DNA from: Macrostomum lignano
Lineage: Eukaryota
DNA length: 64,000 nucleotides
Direction: 5' to 3'
Assembly: GCA_002269645.1 (NCBI GenBank)
Contig: NIVC01000413.1
Location: forward strand, 558,001-622,000
Shown here: one piece after another, positions 56,726-64,000 of the stretch
Position numbering within the stretch: position 1 is the stretch's first letter
How the letters are laid out: every line of letters begins with the position of its first letter
Notes under the pieces: model-generated
What the model was told of the DNA's origin: nothing
What the model saw: only the letters and a program-made list of their open reading frames with translations
Databases searched by the model: none
Made by a program: the position numbers and the translations under genes

Positions 56726-58075
56726 GATGTCTAAAGCGAAAATGCGTCAGCCCTGAAAACCAGCTATCTACGATATCTAACCTAGCCTAAGATACCAGCA
56801 TCCCCTATGAGCTCTGGCACCAAAGCTCAGCTGTAATCTATGGCTTAAACCTACCTCTCCCTTTGATGCTTGGCCTAGCAAAAACTCCCTTGGCATCTCA
56901 GCAACCCGCCTCCCCCAATGAACCAGAAACCAGAACATTTCAGCAATCCCCTCTCATTAGCCTTGACACCTCAGCGCGCAATTCCCCCAAGAGCCACAGC
57001 ATATCAGCAGTTCCCCAATAAATCTTTACATCTCAGGAACTTTGCCCTATTTATAAGTATTTATACCTTAATAAATTTGTATGCATTTATACATACATAT
57101 GTATATACAGTACATGCACCCTGAATGATAAAAAGTTAGACCTCAAGCTACTGGCTATTTTGGATAAATCGCGTATTCTTAATGACCAGTATTGCTTGTC
57201 AACAATTTTAAATAATTCCAGATAAGCAAAGCGACAACCAAAATTTTTCACACGCCTTACTCGTATCCTTTCTGCTAATGAAAATTTTCCATTTAGCCAG
57301 AGAAATGCACGCAAACAACTCCATTAGGTCGTATATTGCCTGCCAGACATAATAAAATGGTACCGACAGTGAGCTCAAATATTTGATATTTATTACACTG
57401 GGTTTACGTCTACAAGAATGGCTTTCTTTATTGGCTCACGTGTGCATGAAACTGAGATTATGCGAGCTAGCTAATGCACTGTAATTAGACACCATTAATA
57501 AAAAAGAGAATACCAAGAAATTATCAATTATAAGGCTTTTCTGTGCCACAAAAACTCTTAAAGCTCCGGTTTGTTAATTTATAATGCCTCTGCTTTTTAA
57601 TAATGGATGCAATCAAAGACATAGGAATGGGAACTTCTGTAATTACATGTAATTGCCAAAAAAAACAGAAACTGCAAGCGTAGAAAAAGAGGTTTGCGCG
57701 TTGTGTTGTGTGTTGCTTTGGGCGAAAAATATGCAATACAAAGACTTTACATAGATATCCAAATACAGACATTCGTTTTATTAAGTATATTACGTACATG
57801 TGCCGAATCGCTAATGGTTTAGTATACATGTACATCTTTTACAAAACAGAAAAGTATATTCGGGATGTTCTTGCAGAAACAATCGATTAACTCCTAGAGG
57901 TCTAAATTACAAACACGCATTAGCAGAGGGAAATTTTTAATAGAAAAGTGATAAAACAATCCTTTTAGACTTTCTCTAAATGGATTTACGGTCATGGCTG
58001 GTTTTATTGGATAATCCATAAACTGTATAGATGAGTAGTGATTTTTAGTTACGAACTATATCCGATGCCATAGAG

Positions 58076-58745
58076 CCATAGACTATATCGCAATCGGCAA
58101 CTAGTCTTGAACCATAGAATATATCATAATCGGAAACTGGTGTTGAACCATAGACTATATCATTATCGGAAACTGGTGTTGAACCATAGACTATATCATT
58201 ATCGGCAACTAGTCTTGAACCATAGACTATATCATTATCGGCAACTAGTCTTGAACCATAGACTATATCATTATCGGCAACTAGTCTTGAACCATAGACT
58301 ATATCATTATCGGCAACTAGTCTTGAACCATAGACTATATCATTATCGGCAACTAGTCTTGAACCATAGACTATATCATTATCGGCAACTAGTCTTGAAC
58401 CATAGACTATATCATTATCGGCAACTAGTCTTGAACCATAGACTATATCATTATCGGCAACTAGTCTTGAACCATAGACTATATCATTATCGGCAACTAG
58501 TCTTGAACCATAGACTATATCATTATCGGCAACTAGTCTTGAACCATAGACTATATCATTATCGGCAACTAGTCTTGAACCATAGACTATATCATTATCG
58601 GCAACTAGTCTTGAACCATAGACTATATCATTATCGGCAACTAGTCTTGAACCATAGACTATATCATTATCGGCAACTAGTCTTGAACCATAGACTATAT
58701 CATTATCGGCAACTAGTCTTGAACCATAGACTATATCAGTATCGG
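58076..58745. repeat. 36-bp highly homogeneous tandem repeat, ~18 copies
   Basis: Unit AACTAGTCTTGAACCATAGACTATATCATTATCGGC, head-to-tail with no spacers. Confidence 0.97.
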
Positions 58746-59722
58746 CAGCTTGCCGTGAGCCGTAGACTGTATCCTTGATTAGCAGTTTCAGCTACACGGT
58801 AACATGCTATATATCCATCCTGATTGACAATCGAACCACATATTGTAACCCGGTTTGTGATTGCTTTTGACCCAATGGGCTATATATTTGTTGTTAATAG
58901 ATCTTAAGCAATGAAATATGCCATTTAATTGGTGCATCACTTACACAGTACTTTAATTAAACTGATGGTACAGTTACTGAGATTCAAATTAGCTCGTATC
59001 AGAAAATGAGACGAAAAATTATAACAACACAAAGCAAGCAATTCTAATTCTCGCTTAATTAACTGCCAATGAGTTGAGTGCTTCAAGGTAAAAAACCGGA
59101 AGGCGAGTTGATCGCATATTTCAATAGTAGCTATAGGATAAACAGCTTTGATTTCGACACAACTTATATAGTGGCGCAATTTTGATATTTTCAGTTCCAA
59201 ATTTGTACAGATACTCGTGTATAAAAAGTAGTCGGTAAGCCTGTGGCGGCACTTACAGGAGGGGGTTGGGTCTGTAGCCCCCGGGCGACTAGCGGTACTA
59301 CCCATAGGGGGCTGATTCCCCAATTATGTTTTTTCATTGGGTAAGCATACAGGTGGACTGGGTGGTGGAGGGACAGGGTTTGATCTTTGAACTTGGTTAT
59401 TGTGATCACCGGAAGGAGAGGGGGGGGGTGACCCCTGGAGGTGCTGCGCGCGCCACTGCAGAAAATGGAGAAAAGCTTTGACTTTGTCTATAAACTGAGC
59501 AGTTCACTGTGACCGAAACACATAAGCACAGTAATTTTACAACTAAATTTAGACAGCAAAATTTTAAAACAGAGGAGAAGATTCTTACAGAAAACGCAAC
59601 AGATTATTTGACTAAACAACTGTTTCTAATGCTGGCTTCAAATCTATGGTGGCTGCTAACGATTTTTGTACATGTCGGCTTACCTACACGGGGATCGGCT
59701 GTAAAGCTCGTGAGTCAGCTGC

Positions 59723-62041
59723 TCAAACAGCCGTGCTGTAGCCTTCATCGTCCTGCGCGTTTGGCTTGTGCTGACCTCCGCCGATGCGTTGCGCCATGGC
59801 GACAGCCGCGGCCTGCTGGGCGATGACGACCGGCTGCAGGGGCTGAGGATGCGGCGGCGGAAGCGGCGGTAGATCCACCGAGGCCAGCGAGACAGCGGCA
59901 GTGGCGGCGGAGCTGGTGACAACTGCTCCTTCTGGTATGCAATCGTCAACGTTGGATGCGCGCACGTAGGTCCCGCCTGACGGGCTGCAGATTGAAGCAG
60001 ACGATGCCGGAAGTTGCTGCTGATGCTGTTGTTGCTGCTGATGCTGCATGCGCTGACGAAGCAACGCCGGATCGACAGGCGGTGGCGGTAGCGGAGGATT
60101 TCCGGATGTTGCTGCGGAGGTTGACGTTTTAGTGATGGTAGCGTACAGATCACCGTGCAAGGGGCACGGCTTGGCACCTGGCAGAGTGCCGTGCTGATGC
60201 TGGTGCTGGTGCTGTTGGTGCTGCTGCTGCGGTGTGCCCGACCGGGAAGCCTCCTGTCCGTGCACGGGACACGGTGCACCAACGAACTGTCTCGAACCGT
60301 GCACTGGACACTCTCCACACGGCCCGTGCTGGTGCTGATGCGGCAGAGTGCCACCACAGGCTGGACGGTTCACCGGCGATCGGATGGTCACGTAGCCAGG
60401 TGGCTCGAATGAGAGCTCCGCCTGGTGTTGCTGCTGCTGCGAGTCTATAATCAGAGGATGCTGCTGTTGCTGCTGCTGGTATTGAACTCTCTTCTTGCCG
60501 TCAATAGTAGTCGCTCCGCTTGTATAGCCATTCTCGCCCGCGACTTCAACCCCGACGACGCTACTGCCGACGCCGCGACCGCCGCCTCCGCCTGTGCGAC
60601 TCTGCAGCTGGCTGTAGCTCGCCTGCTGCGCGTAGGACGGCGGGGCTTTCCTTCCACCGCCGGCCACTCCGACAGCGACCGCACTGCTACTACCGTTCGA
60701 CCGCGGGCTGTTCCTGGTGTAGTGGTAGAAAAACACGCCGCCAATCATTAGAGCGCAGGTGATCACAATCACAGCACCGATGCTGACTACGGTAACTAGG
60801 CGCTTATTGAGCATAGCGGACTTAGTAGTATCAACAATCAGGCGGTGCTTGAGACTCGCTGAGCCGCGCTCGTTGTTCACTGCGCACATGTAGACACCCT
60901 GGTCTTTCACCTGTACGCTGGTGATTGTTAGAGTAGCTTCAAAGTGGACGCTCTCCTTTGACTGCCACGGATGGTAGCCCTTCTGGTAGGTTATCCGAGT
61001 CGAAGGAGTGTTCTCTCCAAACAGCCATACAGTGTCGCCTTTGGGATCGCTGAAGAACTGGCAGCTCATGGTAACATTGCTCCCCTGCGGCACCTTGTGC
61101 TCTGTTTTAGTTCCCGCCGCAAACACCTGCGGCTTGCACTGGAACTGCGTGGCTCGAGTTTGCCTATCGAATAGGCGCACGCCGACCATGCCCGGGTAGC
61201 GAATCTCCGGATCTGGCGACGGGCCGGCGCAAGTTACTATGCCGGAAAATATCTCCTTCTCGCTGACCTTGGTCCTGTACCACTCCATGAGCCAGCGCAG
61301 ATGACAGTCGCACTCCCATTTATTGCCGCCCATGCTTAGATTCCTGAGTGGCATTGCGCTGAGATCTTTTTGCATTAAGCCTGTGTTTGGCAGCGTCTTT
61401 AGATTGCAACTTCGCAGGTCCAGTTCTTTTAATCGGTTAAGGCCGCTGAAAGCGCCCTCTTTAATGACCAGATCTGTTGTTCCTTGCAAATCGAGAATTT
61501 CCAAAGTTTCTTTCTGCGCTTTGAAAAAGCCGTCGTCAAGTACAATTTGAAGGTTGCCCATGCGCAGTTCGCGAAGATTGGTTAGCGGTTTAAGAAATAA
61601 ATTGTTTGTAATGCGCAAATAGTTTTTTGATATTTTTAATTGTTGCAGTTTCTGCAGCGGCTTGAAAGCGCCTTCCGCGATGTCTTCAATAATGTTTTGC
61701 TCTAGATTGAGGAGCTCCAAATGCGGATAGTTAATAAAAGAGTTTTCGTGCAGATTCTTAATGCAGTTCTTCTCCAGTCTTAGCTCGAACAGCTCGTTGC
61801 CTCGAATGTCGGTTGGTACGTCGCTAAGTTCGCTGGAGGCGCAAATTGCTCGGGTGCGCACGCCCGACATGAGCTTCGAGCACACGCTGCCCGAATTCGG
61901 GGCGCCGACCGTGCCGGAGCAATGAGACTGCTCCTGTCTGGCTGATATTACAGACTGCGCTATCGCTGACGCTTGCAGTGACAGCAGCAGCAGCAGCCAC
62001 GGCAGCAGATGTGTCAGCAGGTACCGCTCCGTTGTAGACAT
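59723..62041 (-). CDS. LRR + Ig-domain single-pass membrane protein (LIG family, Kekkon-like), single coding exon, 772 aa
   Basis: Signal peptide (LLPWLLLLLSLQASAIA), LRR-NT cysteines, LxxLxLxxN repeats, LRR-CT (GNKWECDCHLRW), I-set Ig (SCQFFSDP...W...LTITSVQVKDQGVYMC), TM segment (LVTVVSIGAVIVITCALMIGGVFFY), low-complexity cytoplasmic tail ending in the class I PDZ-type motif STAV. Confidence 0.92.
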   Translation of the reverse strand: MSTTERYLLTHLLPWLLLLLSLQASAIAQSVISARQEQSHCSGTVGAPNSGSVCSKLMSGVRTRAICASSELSDVPTDIRGNELFELRLEKNCIKNLHENSFINYPHLELLNLEQNIIEDIAEGAFKPLQKLQQLKISKNYLRITNNLFLKPLTNLRELRMGNLQIVLDDGFFKAQKETLEILDLQGTTDLVIKEGAFSGLNRLKELDLRSCNLKTLPNTGLMQKDLSAMPLRNLSMGGNKWECDCHLRWLMEWYRTKVSEKEIFSGIVTCAGPSPDPEIRYPGMVGVRLFDRQTRATQFQCKPQVFAAGTKTEHKVPQGSNVTMSCQFFSDPKGDTVWLFGENTPSTRITYQKGYHPWQSKESVHFEATLTITSVQVKDQGVYMCAVNNERGSASLKHRLIVDTTKSAMLNKRLVTVVSIGAVIVITCALMIGGVFFYHYTRNSPRSNGSSSAVAVGVAGGGRKAPPSYAQQASYSQLQSRTGGGGGRGVGSSVVGVEVAGENGYTSGATTIDGKKRVQYQQQQQQHPLIIDSQQQQHQAELSFEPPGYVTIRSPVNRPACGGTLPHQHQHGPCGECPVHGSRQFVGAPCPVHGQEASRSGTPQQQHQQHQHQHQHGTLPGAKPCPLHGDLYATITKTSTSAATSGNPPLPPPPVDPALLRQRMQHQQQQQHQQQLPASSASICSPSGGTYVRASNVDDCIPEGAVVTSSAATAAVSLASVDLPPLPPPHPQPLQPVVIAQQAAAVAMAQRIGGGQHKPNAQDDEGYSTAV

Positions 62042-63682
62042 GATCCTCCTAGCTTCTCTGTTGTCAGTTTCAGCAAGTCGGCTGCGACGGCAATGTTCTG
62101 CTTGTCTGGTTACGCTCGTAGTAGCGGACAGCTAGTAGAGGATGCTAAGTGCGTCGTGTCTGAAACGAAGCGAGAATTTAAAGTTAAAACTTTATTAAGC
62201 TCATAGAGAGTTACCATCTCGAATAGGCATCGGAGTTCTCACATCATTATTTCAAGACTCTGAAACTGCTTCGAACTTCTGAAACTCTATGCAATGTTCT
62301 TCATAAAACTCCTATGGTGATGCGTAATCTCAAGGAGCTGTCTGTATGTTTTCGATAGATTTTACAAAATCAAACCCCATTGGGGGTCGAGTGCGCTAGT
62401 TCATATATACTAAAATTCATCTAAACTAAACAAGTGAGAGATAGAATCAGTAAACCTACGTTACGCTCACTATTTTATCAAGAAATTAAAATGCTAGTAT
62501 TTGTTTAGCCCAATAATTATTAGCTAGTTCAACTTAGTAAAAGCTACAAAACTGAAGCTCATCAAGTCCGAGAGTAAAATGAACTTTACGACAACAATGA
62601 GAGCGCTTGTGATCTAGACGATCCAACTGCATGGGTCGCTAAGCTGAGCCGAATGAATTAGCCACACAATAGAGTATACTATAATAGCACTGCTTGCATC
62701 CAGAAAAACCATCATTCCTTGTTCCACTGTTGACATTTCAATAGGCAGGCTAATACATTTATTCATGGGCTTGGACAGTTAACACTGCGTACTCCCAACC
62801 ACCCACCAGCTAATCCCAAAGCTTATAAATTCTATTAGCTATCGCATTCCAACTATAGCAACCAAAGCCCTTGGATCCCCAGCCCCAGTGACTAGAATTC
62901 ACCGTACTATTCAGGTTAAAAAATAACTGTCACGCCAGCTTCCTATCATCTTGCTTCATAGGCCTGACGCTAGCTTATCCTCGACCTCTTTACTTTGCAG
63001 TCAGTTTCGCCGAAACAGTCACGTCATCGCGCGCGTAGCGATCAAGCGAAACGCGCTCGCATTCCCAAGAGAGGGGGGCGAATGAATGAACTCAAAACCT
63101 TTGCTGGCGCATGTAGCTGAGCAAAATAGCCCAAGACAGGGCTGCATCTCAAGACCAGCGTAGAGAGAGAGACGCGGACAGCAGAAAGATTCATGGGAAT
63201 TTCTGGTCTTACACATGCTATTGCTCTCTGCCTCTCTCGCTTACTAACCCTGGTCCTTGTTCAGCTTGTGTGTCAGTATTTCTACTGTCTTTCTGTCTCT
63301 TGCTGACGTGAAAAATCCATCCTTCCGGTGTTGTATAGCCATAGGAGCAGAGTAAATACAGAGATGCAGTTCCTACGTGCATTTATAATTTGTAGACACG
63401 GGTTTTATTATAGACACGGGTCTGCGAGATTCCTTCAAGCAAAAATTTACTTGCCGAGCTTTCTTGCGTCAAAATTTCCTCATTGTGATTTTCTGATTTC
63501 TCTGCTATTCCGCATCGACTCCTCATAGGGACATACCAGCTGTGATTTTCTCGTCGGGGGTATTTCCGGGTCGGAATTTCCCCATCGGGATTTTCACGTC
63601 GGATTTACCCCGTCAGGATTTTTTCGTAAAGATTTCCCTGTTAAGAGTTCAACATCGGGACATACATGTAAGTACTTCCAAG

Positions 63683-63955
63683 AAGGGATTTCCCAAACGG
63701 TATTTCCCCCAATGGATTCCCCAAACTAAATTTTCCCGAAGGGATTTCCCAATCGGGATTTCCAAATTGGGATTTCTCGAAGGGATTTCCCGAAGGGATT
63801 TCCCAATCGGGATTTCTCGAAGGGATTTCCCGAAGGGATTTCCCAATCGGGATTTCTCGGAGGGATTTCCCAATCGGGATTTCCCGAAGGGATTTCCCAA
63901 TCGGGATTTCTCGAAGGTACATCCCAATCGGGATTTCCCTAAGGGATTTCCGGGA
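63683..63955. repeat. Array of GGGATTTCCC-type near-palindromes (13-14 bp spacing)
   Basis: Units GGGATTTCCCAATC, GGGATTTCTCGAA and GGGATTTCCCGAA. Confidence 0.9.
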
Positions 63956-64000
63956 ACTCACTAACTGCTTTTCATTCTTGTTCAAGTTTTCCTCGGCAAT

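Noticed and set aside
58107-58778. 36-bp repeat as a CRISPR array, or a 223-aa repeat protein
   Set aside because: Units are head-to-tail with no unique spacers, there are no cas genes and the context is eukaryotic; the ORF is a repeat translation.

Overview
Eukaryotic (animal) genomic DNA; no prokaryotic systems are present. Four spliced or single-exon protein-coding genes could be reconstructed by hand, all on the minus strand: (1) a 10-exon N-terminal PH-domain/coiled-coil protein, PLEKHA4-7-like (14286->4060, ~916 aa); (2) ETF-ubiquinone oxidoreductase ETFDH (3 exons, 21998->17587, 614 aa); (3) an SLC26/prestin-like anion transporter (4 exons, 32378->27614, ~861 aa); (4) a single-exon LRR-Ig-TM receptor, Kekkon/LIG-like (62041->59723, 772 aa). 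Most introns and intergenic space are filled with micro- and minisatellites, and most long entries in the ORF track are translations of those arrays. Also present: three copies of a tRNA-derived SINE, two copies of a MITE-like element, Helitron-like 3' ends and a decayed LINE fragment. Minisatellite-packed introns, Gln/Gly-rich GC-rich exons and 3' acceptors just upstream of the start codons suggest the flatworm Macrostomum (inference, not verified). Best leads: sharply bounded CpG-void, TpA-rich patches (33.5-37.6 kb); a possible decayed TGF-beta-like domain hidden at 39.2-39.4 kb; G-run minisatellites that all have the same strand orientation, several sharing a GG(C)GATT-like core, one of which supplies its intron's splice donor.
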